The notes under the pieces: model-generated | Told to the model about the DNA's origin: nothing | Database searches by the model: none | What the model saw: only the letters and a program-made list of their open reading frames with translations | Shown: positions 21,531 through 32,836 of the stretch, in pieces | How positions within the stretch are numbered: the stretch's first letter is position 1 | Layout of the letters: every line of letters begins with the position of its first letter | Assembly (NCBI GenBank): GCA_021432655.1 | Contig: MU271649.1 | Location: 1-32,836, forward strand | DNA length: 32,836 nt | Direction: 5' to 3' | DNA from: Atractiella rhizophila | Lineage: Eukaryota | Position numbers and translations under genes: made by a program

Positions 21531-22380
21531 CTACGCTGTGTAGACTCCGACGCCGTATTTGTCGCGCTGGAAGCTGAGGTAGTGCTGGACTCTTCGCATG
21601 CATCGCCAAACGAGGAAGTAGAGGTAGACCTAGCTCCGACATCAGTCTCAGGGAATACGTGACTTCGCCTGAAAGCTCACTTGTAGGATCCAGTCGACAC
21701 TGATACAAATGTCAAATATGCTCAAATGAAGGAAGAGTGCCACTCACACGAGGCTGAAGGTCAGAGCGATGTAGAAGTTGTGGAATCCTGAATTGCAGAA
21801 CGATGAAGGTAGAGTGGACTGTCCGTTGTCACTGAGAGTGTTATTGGCAGCAGCATCTTGAGCAGCTTGAGTCCATTTGACACCCTGCAGAGCTGTCAGT
21901 CCACACCATCTATAGGAACATCGCACGTACTCCGTGGTTGCATTCCCAAATAACTCGACCTTGGTAGTAGTTGACACGCCAAACCATGAGCCCAGCTCGT
22001 ACGGAATTCACGACGATGACGAAAGGCCAGAGATAGAAGGAGAAACGGAGCCATAGCAGGGAGTTGTTGGAGATACCAATTCCTGATGTGACGCAGAGAG
22101 CGAGGATAGCCATGGCGATACCACCGTAGATCTGTGGTTCAGGGAATGTGAAGTACCAGAATGCGCCATATCTTTTTCGCCCATTACTACGTGAAACACA
22201 TAGAAAGAGGAAAAGCTCACAAAAAGAGTAGTATGCCGCCAATCAAGGAGTAAAGACCAACAAAACTGGCCAAAGCTATTGCTCCATGACGGAGTGGGAA
22301 GATGAGCAGGCAGTTGTCGCACCTGTTGTGTGTGTTATTGTTAAGACGTAAAGCGAGCAAGATCATAAGACGCACCACAT
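21531..22380 (-). CDS. Small uncharacterised multi-pass (~4 TM) membrane protein, ~190 aa, 6 coding exons
   Basis: Hand-spliced at GT-AG sites: ATGTG (22376-22380) gives MWCDNCLLIFPLRHGAIALASFVGLYSLIGGILLF...YGAFWYFTFPEPQIYGGIAMAILALCV...WLRFSFYLWPFVIVVNSVRAGLMVW...WECNHGGVKW...FCNSGFHNFYIALTFSLVVDWILQVYLYFLVWR...VGVYTA*. It has four hydrophobic segments and a Cys pair in the loop. Confidence 0.8.
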
Positions 22381-22741
22381 TGTCAGATAATTTCTGGCGT
22401 GCTTTCAGATTTCAAAATTGTGCGCTGAGGGAAAAAGTGCTGAGCTTGACGATGGTGTAGTGGCTCTAGCGATCTTGAGCTGTTGCAGTGTTGCAGTTGC
22501 AGAGGAGGTCGATCTGATCAGTCCTGAGTGTGTCCTAGTTGAGATTGGCAGTCAGTATAAGTCGTAAGGGAGTCGTAAGTCGTGAGTGTCAGGTCGTGGT
22601 CGTGATACCAGAATCGAGCTGAGGTCGATACAGTGGTCGAACTCTGTCGAGTGGTTGAGTAGAAATAGGGGTAAGATCAGCAAGTCATCTTCGCGCATCA
22701 TCATCGTCATTCTCTTCCACTCTGATTCACTTCAGTGACTA

Positions 22742-22798
22742 ACTGATTACTGACCACCCACTGACAACTGAGTACTGAGTACTGAGTACTGTACTGAG
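22742..22798 (+). repeat. ACTGA(GT) micro-repeat immediately upstream of the VPS27 start
   Basis: (ACTGAGT)x3 at 22767-22787, plus ACTGA at 22742, 22749, 22760 and 22793. Confidence 0.8.
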
Positions 22799-22806
22799 CT
22801 CTAGCA

Positions 22807-25357
22807 ATGTCCGCCACGTCTACCACTACAGAGTCGGGTTGGCTCTCCTTCATGACAGGCGGCTCGCCAGGCTTAGTCCCCTTCGAAACGAAGCTCGAGC
22901 AGCTCACCTCCGCCAACCTCCCAGCCAACACCCCGCCCAATCTACTCGAGTCCCTCGAACTCTCCGACCTCATCAGGTCCAACTCCATCTCTCCGCCCGC
23001 TGCTTGGAGGGCCTTCCGGAAGAAGCTGACGCACACCAATCCGAACGTCGTGATCCTCGGACTCAAGGTGAGCTGCTGCCTGTTTCCCTATCGAAACACG
23101 GTCTGAGGGTACGCGCAGGTCCTGGACGTATGCGTCAAGAACAGCGGTGATGGTTTCCTGAAGGAAGTCGGTGGGAAGGGAGGAGCGGATGAATTCGAAA
23201 ACGTAATTAAATCACCTGTAAGCCGTTTCTTCTCGGGTGTGGGTGGGCCTACTTACCCGCTGTGCGACCAGACGACCCATCATGAGGTTCAAGCTTTACT
23301 GCTCTCTCTATTTCAGACCTGGGCTCTGGCTTTCAAAGCTAAAGCTGGTCTCAGCAACATGGAACTCGTCAACACTTACCACCGTTTGGTCGGAGAAGGC
23401 ATCAAGTTCCCTCCCAAGGACAGCTCTGCCACCGGAGCTCTCATTGATTCCATGAGCGTGCGTGTCGCTTTCTCTCTCCCTTAACTGACTCAGGCCGAAC
23501 AATTAGGCGCCCGAATGGAAAGACTCTGACTTATGCACCCGCTGCCGTACCCCCTTCACCTTCACAAACCGAAAGCATCACTGCAGGAACTGTGGCGACA
23601 TCTTCGATCAACAATGCAGCTCCCACAGCATGGAGCTGCCTCACTTTGGAGTCACAGAGAAGGTCCGGGTGTGTGATGGATGTTGGCGAAAGCTTGGTGG
23701 CGGTGGACGGAGGTTCGTTCTCTTTTGGACGTTATGGAGCAGAAGGGTACTGAGTAGTTTACACGCAGAGCATCTATCTCTTCTACTTCGCCGTCCTCCT
23801 TTACGCCATCACAATCTGCTCGCCCTCTATCGATGCATATCCCACGCTCTTCCACTGTCACAGCATCGACATTTGGCCACCGTTCGTCCTCCTCTGTCAA
23901 GCTCTCGCGTCGTCAGCAAGAGGAGGAAGACATGCGCCGAGCTATCGAGGCGTCTCTGAAGGATACGGGATCGACATCTCGCAAGGGATACATCCCTTCA
24001 TCATCCTACCCTGGAGATCAATGGAGTGGGAGGAGGGAACCCCCAGTCGAAGTGGAAAGCACAGGAGAAGATGAAGACGCTGACTTCATGGCCGCCATTA
24101 AAGCAAGCTTGGAAGAGACGCAGAAGCCGCAGCCGTCTGCGCCACCGACACTTGGGGAAGAGCCTCCCTCTCACGGTCAACATCAGACCTACAAGGTTGG
24201 TCTTATTCCGTTCCCGCTGAGGATCGCGCTGAGATGTTTGATAGCCGATACCATCGTATGACTTGGAGATGAACGAGCGAGATGCTATGCTCACGTTTAG
24301 CCAAGTCGTCGAGACCTCCAAAGCTGCGGGCCGCAACGTCCATGACTCTCTTCGCCGGGCAGCGCCAAACGGAACGGACCTCTACCAGAAGTCTCTGAAT
24401 GTCCGGCCCAAGCTCGCGAGGGGGATCGATGATGCGCAACGAAAGTGGGAGGTTTTGATGGAGATGAACAACAAGTTGACGGAGGCGGTCAAGATGTATG
24501 ACAGGATTTTGGAGGAGCAGATCAACAGGAATGCTACGTCGGCTTACGCGTCGCATTTAGGACATCAGCCAGTTGCATACGCGCCTCAGACGTATTCTCA
24601 GCCTCAATCTCCTCCTGCTCCGCAGCCAACATCTTTTGCTCCGTCCCAGCAGGCGACTTATGCTCCCTCTCAACCTTATCCTCAGAATCAGTCAGCGCCG
24701 ATACAAGACCAGCGATATGCACCTGCCGTGGCCCAATATCAACAGCCACCTTACGCCCAACCTTCTCCACAACAAACACTCCCACAAGCTCCCTCAGCAC
24801 CAGTGGAACAGTATCCGACACCAGCGCCTCCCATCACTGGACTCCCACTGCAGGCCGAACCGACAAACTACCCTGCATCCACTGCTTTCTCCCCACAACA
24901 GCCACAGCCTTCTCCCGCCTCTCCACCACTGGTGCAATCTCCCTTCTTGGCTCCTCAACCATCATACCCGCAGGCATATCAGAGTCCGTATCCCGCATCC
25001 GATCCCCCGACTTCGCCTGTTACGGTCACTTCATTACCTGCCCCAGCATCGTTTGAGGCTGCGTCCACACCAAAGCCTCAGACTCCATTGGATCAACGTC
25101 CCGTTATTGTCCAACCTCAGCCTCATCCTCAGCCACAACCACAACCTTCATACGCACCGGGAAATCCCCAGCAAGGTTATAGTCTGCCTCCTCCACCCTC
25201 GACTCAAACGCAGAATCTGCTGCTGCAGCTCCCGCACGCTCCTAGTTTCCCGATCTACGATACCAAAGTCCAGCTCGAAGGATTGCCGGCTGCGCCCACT
25301 GGTCATATATGGACACCTGAACCCAAGAAGGAAGAGGCGCCGTTAATTGAGTTTTAG
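22807..25357 (+). CDS. VPS27: ESCRT-0 subunit Vps27/HRS (VHS-FYVE-UIM-GAT, P/Q-rich tail)
   Basis: VHS (LELSDLIRS...[20 protein letters not shown]); [25 protein letters not shown]...VRVCDGCW; two UIMs ([26 protein letters not shown]); PSAP motifs; C-terminal clathrin-box-like LIEF. Confidence 0.95.
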
Positions 25358-25674
25358 TTGGGTAGTTCAAAGTCTGTGAAGTGCTGTGGTATACTTAGTC
25401 ATATGAAAGTGGTCATGGATGCAAGTCTTCATTGCGAACCCTGAAGCCTCTTTTACAGGCTAAGAATATCTGAACATCTTAAGCTCACATTGTTATTGAC
25501 CGTCGTTGTGAAACTTCAAGTTCGAAAGTTGGAAGTGTCTTGAGCAGTGGTCGGAGAACAGCAGAAAAAGACTGAAATGCGGAGCGTGACGAAAACGCGA
25601 CGAACTCCTCCACAACCATACCACAACCCTGACCATAGCTTGAATCCTTTATTACCAGTAGATCCGCAGAACAG

Positions 25675-26996
25675 ATGGCAAGTTCAAAAGCTTCGACGTC
25701 TAGAGGGAAACAACCAGAATCAGAGGCAGAGGGCTACGAATTGCCTTGGTTAGTTTCCATTCCTTTGACGCGTCTTCACAAATGCTAATCCTTGTAACAG
25801 GGTAGAAAAGTTGGTTTCGCGCTCCCATTCGAGATTCGCCGTGTCTGAGCCCATTTAGGTATCGACCCATAAATCTAGAAGACATAACAGGCAACGTCGA
25901 GACAATCAACCGCCTGAAAGTCATTGCGAGGGATGGAAACTGTCCTCACATAATTATTTCAGTAAGCTTTTTTCTTTTACCTTGTCATCGGGTGCTCAAG
26001 TGCTTAGGGGACGCCTGGAATCGGAAAAACAACCAGCATTTTATGCCTTGCTCATGCCTTGCTTGGGGATGTGTACAAGGAAGGAGTGCTAGAGCTCAAT
26101 GCTTCAGATGAGAGGTGCGTCATATTACCCTGTACATTGGACCGTGCGGAGACGCGTGTAGAGGCATTGACGTCGTTCGAAATCGAATCAAAACCTTTGC
26201 ACAAAAGAAAGTCACTCTTCCTAAGGGGAGGCACAAGATTGTTATACTAGATGAAGCGGATTCTATGACGCCGGGAGCACAACAAGCGCTGCGACGAACG
26301 ATGGAAATTTATGCCAACACCACTCGCTTTGCTCTCGCATGTAATCAAAGTAACAAGATTATCGAACCCATACAAAGCCGTTGTGCAATCCTTCGCTATG
26401 CTCGACTCAGCGACTCGGAAATTCTCAAACGACTAATAGAAATATGTGATGCTGAGAATGTACGTCTTTCTGCTCTATGTTCGCAGTGTTGATTGAAGAG
26501 GACAGGTCAAATATTCTAACGATGGACTAGCATCTTTGATATTTACTTCTGAAGGAGATATGCGCCAAGCGATTAACAATCTGCAGTCGACATACGCGGG
26601 GTTCGGATTCATTTCTCCAGATGCTGTCTTCAAGGTCTGCGATCAGCCGCATCCAGTCGTTGTGCGAGCAATCATAAGTGCCTGTATCAAAGCAGACATT
26701 GACACTGCCATGGAGAAACTTGATGAGCTAGTAACACAAGGATATTCAGCTGTTGATATTGTGACGACGATGTTCCGCGTAGTCAAAGGACTGGAAACAA
26801 TGGCGGAATACCTCAAGCTGGAATTTATCAAGGTTCGCTTCCTTTGCTCCTCTGGTCTTCGTTGCTCAACGCTCCATAGGAGATTGGATTCGCGCACATG
26901 AAAATTCTGGAGGGTGTTGGGACGAGCGTCCAGCTTGGAGGCGTGCTTGCTCGACTTTGTCGTCTTTCCATCCCACCGGAGCAATTCGCAGTTTAA
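25675..26996 (+). CDS. RFC4: Replication factor C small subunit (yeast Rfc4 / human RFC2 orthologue)
   Basis: YELPWVEKYRP is assembled through a 9-nt micro-exon (25801-25809). Walker [77 protein letters not shown]. Confidence 0.96.
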
Positions 26997-27115
26997 CTTG
27001 TTTGTAAATGCAATCTGTGGTATCGTAGTATCATCTGTCAAAAAAAGTCTAAAGAAACCACGGCAAAGGGACGCAATAACTCAATGAATGCCAGTATGTA
27101 CATATGACTAATATG

Positions 27116-30100
27116 CTAATTCCGCGAAGGGTCGATCTTGTCACACCATTCTTTAAGATCTTTTGGATTGGCAGCCTGGAAGAAGTAGCAATTCTGTGGC
27201 GTATACATGGCGAAGATGTTCTTCCGCCCCAACATTGCCTCAACCTCGAGGTTGTTGTCAACTCTCACTGAAGAGACGTTGACCACACTGAGCTCTTCCA
27301 GCTCCGAAGACGTTTCATAACAGAAGAGGTAAGGCCGCTTCAAAACGAAATACTGCTTCACCCATTCATCACTGGTCGGATCTCGGAGCACAGAAAGAAA
27401 GCCTCGTCTCGCGGCGACATCCCTTGAAAGGAACATAAGTACTTTAGAGCATTTGGGAAGTGTGAGCTTACGTTCTTGGTATCAAGCGGACTTCCGGTAC
27501 CATTTTTTTCCTCTTCCTCTGCGGTTCAGGCGGCAAAGGCGTAGCCAGCTCAGGCTCTTTGGAAGGCGAAGGGTCTTGTGCAAGAACGATCTGGGGGATG
27601 GATCAGCTTAAAAATACGAACTGGCACGAGCTCACATCGTTCACAGGGCCGAAGCGTTTTGACCACAAGGCTAGCGCTTTCTGAAGAAGTGCGTTTGGGT
27701 CTGGAGCTGGTGGATACGAGGTGAGTCGTTCTCTGGACATAGCACCTAAAATCGCTTGGGTGGCATCGACATCAGCACTTCTTCGTTCTGACACTGCCGC
27801 ATTATTGAAATCCTTGATCAAAGTCAGACCGCGAGGCTTCCACTTTCCCAGTATATCCTCTCCGCGAACGAATTTACCAGCTGTGTTCAATCTCCAAATC
27901 TCGGCAGTTTTCTTGGGAGTGAAGGGGATAAGGCGAACGCAGAATAAAGCCGTAGCCTTGGACAAAATCCTGGTGGAACTAAGGAAAGAAGCGATCTTTG
28001 AAGGCGGGCGAGCGTCGCGGTTCTGCATCGTTACAGCGATGTCCATCATAAAGGTAACGGGCTCTTTACAGCGAGGAACGTCAACCTGCCAAGAGAGCGC
28101 TAGCAATGCACGGTGGTTTTGAGCAGTGGTGCGATCCAGGAAGATCGATTCATGAACCGAACTGTCCCAAGACGTGACAAAAGTGAGCTCACTACTGCCA
28201 TCAGGCTGGAATTGGCATGTTTGTCGTGTGATGGATCGCAAAATAGTATCCTTTCCATGCTCCGCACTGTGTACCCTACCGCGAGGATCGAGGAGTCGGG
28301 CGTTGCCGAGTTCCACTTTGAGAAACTTGGTCCAAGGGAATTGCCGTCCAGAATTATGCGACAAGCGGATGATCAAGCGGCGCTGCAACCCTTGGCGGAG
28401 GTAGAAAGCGCCAGGGTCTAGAGTGTTCACGGCCACCACTGGGACGGGATCATAAGATCCCTCTGCTGATAGTTCGCAAATTTGGATCATGGCCAGAACA
28501 TCGTGACGCTGCTCTAGAACCAGTTCAGTTTCGTTACGCCGGGCAACCGGCTCAGGAATGGCAGGCTCCACGCCTCGAGGGGCTATGACACCAGCTCCTT
28601 CGCGCATTTCGTCCCATTGTTCCATCCTATCGAAAAATCCGTGCTTGGGCTCTGCAAAGAAATGGACAGTTGCGTAGCCATCTTGAATATACTGAGCTAT
28701 CTCCGCCGTCACACCGATTGTGACAGACTTCTTCATGCGAAATTTGGACAGACTGCTTGTTGGGAAAGCATTGGAGACAAGATTGTCATCTGGAGTGGTG
28801 ACCGTTCCTGCGATAGAAGAAATCCGTAGCTGGCAGTGAAGGCTGGCAAAGTCACTTGAATGCAGGCCTGAAACTTTATCGACAGTTATTTCAACAGTCA
28901 TCTTAACGCCTGCCTCCAGGGTGATGGCTTGTTCAGGGCTGTAATGTGTTGGTTGCAATCGAATGCGGCAAGTCGCAATGGGCTCTGACGAGTATCGAGA
29001 GTAGACAGACGCGGTTGAAGCAGCTAGAAGGAAGCGAGATAACGGCTTTAGAGAAATGATAGCAGATCCGATGTAAGAGTGCGACAATGGCGCGGCTTCG
29101 TAGAAAGGAGCATCCCAATCAAAATTAGCGGAGTACTCTGGCTTGTCAATAAAGTTGTTGAGGTTACGCATCTGCTGCAAACGCTGGTTCAACTTGTCGA
29201 GCGACCAGACATAAACCGCCTTGTTGCGCCGATCTAATACTTTGACAGCAACACACGGTTTCGAAGCCGACTCCAGAGCTTGATCGGTCACCTCATCCAG
29301 ATCCATCAATCCCGTAATCGTCTCCAAAGCTGAGGCCGGAAAAACTTGGTCCAATACCATCAGCTGATATGTCACATCCTTATCCAACTCGCGGCTGATC
29401 ACATTGGCTTCTTTCACCACGATGGCATGAGCCATGATATCCTCAGCCATTCGCACTCGCCGGTTCCGACGCCAGCGAACAAGGGCTCGCTTGATCAGCT
29501 GCTTCTGGTCGTCCGTGAAATGGACGAATTCAAAATCATCGTCTTCAGCCTTGCGTTTTGCCAGAAGCTTCTTTACCCTCGTTTCGTAATGCTTCTTTTG
29601 GATATCCAGCATGCGCTGCATTTCGTTCTGAACCAATTTGATCTTCTCCTGCTGGATCTCGTCCGACTCTCCGTTAGCCATGCTTTCTATGCGCCGCTCA
29701 TACTCTTGTTTTTGAACTTCTAGTCTGCGCTCTATCTCTTCTTTTGCAGATTCATACCGATCGCCTTCCGACACCGTCGTGCCGCTGTAAGTCATAGTCG
29801 AGTCCATGCTGTCATCATTTGTCCAATTGCTACTACTAGATGGCCGATTTGAAGGAGAGTCGCCAGAGTCGTCATCATCGTCTGTTGCCGTGAAGCTAAG
29901 CGACATTCTAGAATCTGGCCGTCCGACAGAAGTGCCCCTGCGATGAGCGTGAGTACGAACGACCTTTTGGTAAAGCGAATTCAGGTCGTCGTCTGGTAGT
30001 GATTCCAAATCCAGCATGTGCCCATCTGGAAGTTTCTGGCGCGCTTCATTCTTTGCGTACTCCCAGTCCACTACTTCAGAAGCCGTAGAAACGGGAGACT

Positions 30101-32591
30101 CTGGACGGGTCATGGGAGAACTCGTTCGGCTGTTGTCGTCCTCAAACCCGCTGAGACCAGGTGAGCGAATCTCGTGTGGTAACTTCGACTGCCTTGCATC
30201 TCGGTCAATTCGAGCCTGCTCGGGGTTACTACGCCGTGATTGTAAACTATTATTGTTCCAAGATTATCCAAAAGAACTCACTTGAACCTAAACACATGAA
30301 AATCCCCAAGAATGATTCGGTAGCCTGACTTAAGTTTCCGAGGCTGCATGTTCGACTTGAGACATCTACCTCGCTATTTAAAATGATAGACAAACCTCTC
30401 CGGAGTTCAGTCGTTGACCATTAACCATTGTGGCGCTATTTTCCATTGCTTGAATTGTGACCTCTTTCATGTCAGGGGAGCATTGGAAGTGGCAGTGTTC
30501 GGCGAGTACTTTGGTCCCGCTCAATCGAATATCAGCAGCAGACTCGAGGTTTCCAACTATGGTCTTTCCTGGTTTAATTTGGTACAGTAGGCATTCGGAC
30601 ATCAGGGGGTCTTCGTTTAGGTTGACCAAATGTGGTGCCTGGACGCTTGATAAGCGAGTAGGGATCGAGAATAACGAAAAGTTGCACCTTCTTTGGCGTG
30701 AAGACACCAACAACATTTTTCTCGATCGAAATTCCAAGTTCTTCCAGCGCTTTCTCTCGTTCTTCTTGCACAACCTTCGTTTTCTGAATCTTTTCTTCCC
30801 AGCTCTGATTGATTTCCGCCATTAACTTTTCGGCGCTCTCCATCTTCTCCTGCATTTCAGCTTTCGAAATCGTCTGTTCCTTCCCCTCCCTATCTAAGAA
30901 TACAACCATCTGTTTCTCGGCGGGGACTGATTTATCGTAGAAAGCTTCGGCAGCCTGGCCAGGAGGAAGAGCGACCCTCTTCCGCATAGCTTCCAGCTCC
31001 TCCTTAAGCTCGCGAATAAGTTTGGCGTTCGGGTCTTCGTTGACAACGGCCTGGTTCTTGATTTTCTTGGCTTGATCGGCATAACGAAGAGTTGACAACG
31101 TCTCATCATAGTCTGCTGGAGAAATCGCTGCAATCATGGCTGTTTTGGAGTTACCGCCAATCGAGTCTTTTAGGAGCCAAGTTAAAACCTAGTGTCACAA
31201 ATGAATGGACAGTCTCGGGAGGAAGGGAACAGTACAGAATCTCGGTAAGGGATGTGTTCCGCGCCACCTTTCTTCTTGGTAGTTGCAGTGCTTTGTGTCG
31301 CCAAAGCTGAGATAACCTTTCCCAAAGTCGTGAGAGATTTGTTGATGTTAGCTCCCTCCTTCAGTCGCACTCCAGTGGCACCGGTCGAGTTTGCTCTTTC
31401 TGAACCGGCAAGGTCAATTAAGCTAATACGAGACACCTTCTCGGAAGCCATTTTGATGTCCGGGTCTGTCTTCTTCTGCGTCATGATGAGGGTGAACACT
31501 GAGTGCGACCGNNNNNNNNNNNNNNNNNNNNNNNNNNNNNNNNNNNNNNNNNNNNNNNNNNNNNNNNNNNNNNNNNNNNNNNNNNNNNNNNNNNNNNNNN
31601 NNNNNNNNNNNNNNNNNNNNNNNNNNNNNNNNNNNNNNNNNNNNNNNNNNNNNNNNNNNNNNNNNNNNNNNNNNNNNNNNNNNNNNNNNNNNNNNNNNNN
31701 NNNNNNNNNNNNNNNNNNNNNNNNNNNNNNNNNNNNNNNNNNNNNNNNNNNNNNNNNNNNNNNNNNNNNNNNNNNNNNNNNNNNNNNNNNNNNNNNNNNN
31801 NNNNNNNNNNNNNNNNNNNNNNNNNNNNNNNNNNNNNNNNNNNNNNNNNNNNNNNNNNNNNNNNNNNNNNNNNNNNNNNNNNNNNNNNNNNNNNNNNNNN
31901 NNNNNNNNNNNNNNNNNNNNNNNNNNNNNNNNNNNNNNNNNNNNNNNNNNNNNNNNNNNNNNNNNNNNNNNNNNNNNNNNNNNNNNNNNNNNNNNNNNNN
32001 NNNNNNNNNNNNNNNNNNNNNNNNNNNNNNNNNNNNNNNNNNNNNNNNNNNNNNNNNNNNNNNNNNNNNNNNNNNNNNNNNNNNNNNNNNNNNNNNNNNN
32101 NNNNNNNNNNNNNNNNNNNNNNNNNNNNNNNNNNNNNNNNNNNNNNNNNNNNNNNNNNNNNNNNNNNNNNNNNNNNTCCACATAGCTCACAATACACGGT
32201 ATGCTGGGAAGCATAATCAGGGTCATCTTTCGATCCAGCGGACCAGTAGGAATGGTCGAAACTGAATGCTTTGGTCTCTTTCTCAATCGCCTTGCCAACT
32301 GTGGTTGCGTCCTGCGTTGTATAGTTTAGTTAATGGAAGTGCCGAGCAGTGGTGGGCTGACCTCTGGTGGTGGGCTCAGATAGGTTGTTTTGCCTTCCAT
32401 GCGGATCAACCCTGTAGCACCACGGGCGATTTCTGCAAGCTACAAGCTTGAGCATGTTGACGAGCTCGACACAGAGGATACAGACCTCTTGAGTTGAGCG
32501 GACGACACCTTCATCCAGCAGTATTTGAACCCAAACCTACAGCTGAGAATAAGGACGCGCACCTGACTGCCACTTTGATATTGCCACTCAT
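27116..32591 (-). CDS. KIF1: Kinesin-3 motor (KIF1/UNC-104 family) with FHA and C-terminal PH domain; motor domain partly in an assembly gap
   Basis: Start [18 protein letters not shown] (ATG 32591), [46 protein letters not shown]-loop [50 protein letters not shown] region, [10 protein letters not shown] domain [13 protein letters not shown]. Confidence 0.96.
31512..32176. other. Assembly gap (665 N) inside the kinesin motor-domain region
   Basis: Run of N between the ...ASQHTVY and RSHSVF motifs; the expected P-loop is not visible. Confidence 0.99.
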
Positions 32592-32836
32592 TTTGGGTGA
32601 TGGATATTAGCAGCTGAAGGGGAAGCAGAGCAAGTGCGAAGTTGACGACGTTGGGGGTTCTGTCCAGTGTAAGAAGTAAGGATTGAGGATGTATTAGTTG
32701 ACAAAGAGGTATATTGAGCTCCACAACCACAACTCAAAGTTACAAATCGCACCAAAGTCGCTACAGCTTCCTCATCCTGCCAACCAGTCTCCGAACTTTT
32801 TCCCTGCCACACATCCCAAATACCAACAATCACAAA

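Noticed and set aside
24573..25346. 257-aa alternative-frame ORF overlapping VPS27
   Set aside because: Shadow frame of the Pro/Gln-rich, stop-poor VPS27 tail.
31182..32298. Long X-containing ORFs in the track
   Set aside because: Artefacts of the N gap; the flanks belong to kinesin-3.
1..32836. A functional gene cluster (e.g. secondary metabolism around DAHP synthase, or a trafficking cluster GBF1/VPS27/kinesin-3), CRISPR arrays, tRNA or rRNA genes
   Set aside because: Neighbours are unrelated housekeeping genes with no biosynthetic partners. No repeat-spacer array, cloverleaf or rRNA signature was seen.

Overview
Compact, intron-rich fungal DNA. The ~45-60 nt GT-AG introns with CTRAY-type branch sites and the protein style suggest a basidiomycete (inference). 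Ten protein-coding genes are supported, in order: a PPR-like, probably mitochondrial protein (-, runs off the left edge, absent from the ORF track), class II DAHP synthase (+), DCAF11/WDR23-like WD40 protein (-), GBF1/Gea-type Sec7 ARF-GEF (+), proteasome beta3 PUP3 (+), PMT2-family O-mannosyltransferase (+), a small uncharacterised ~4-TM protein (-), VPS27/HRS (+), RFC4 (+) and kinesin-3 (-, interrupted by a 665-nt N gap). The unusual parts are: (i) a ~1.3-kb head-to-tail tandem duplication (6417-9059) of a mostly non-coding unit that is dense in hairpins, shows + strand G-U pairs and one compensatory-looking change, and is therefore a candidate structured long ncRNA; (ii) three apparent single-base frameshifts clustered in the 3' third of the neighbouring DCAF11-like gene; (iii) a second, 524-bp tandem duplication that copies the GBF1 3' end plus the PUP3 promoter, ATG and micro-exon with splice signals intact; and (iv) a 535-nt first intron in GBF1. 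All gene models were spliced by eye. Assembly or haplotype artefacts cannot be excluded for the duplications and frameshifts.
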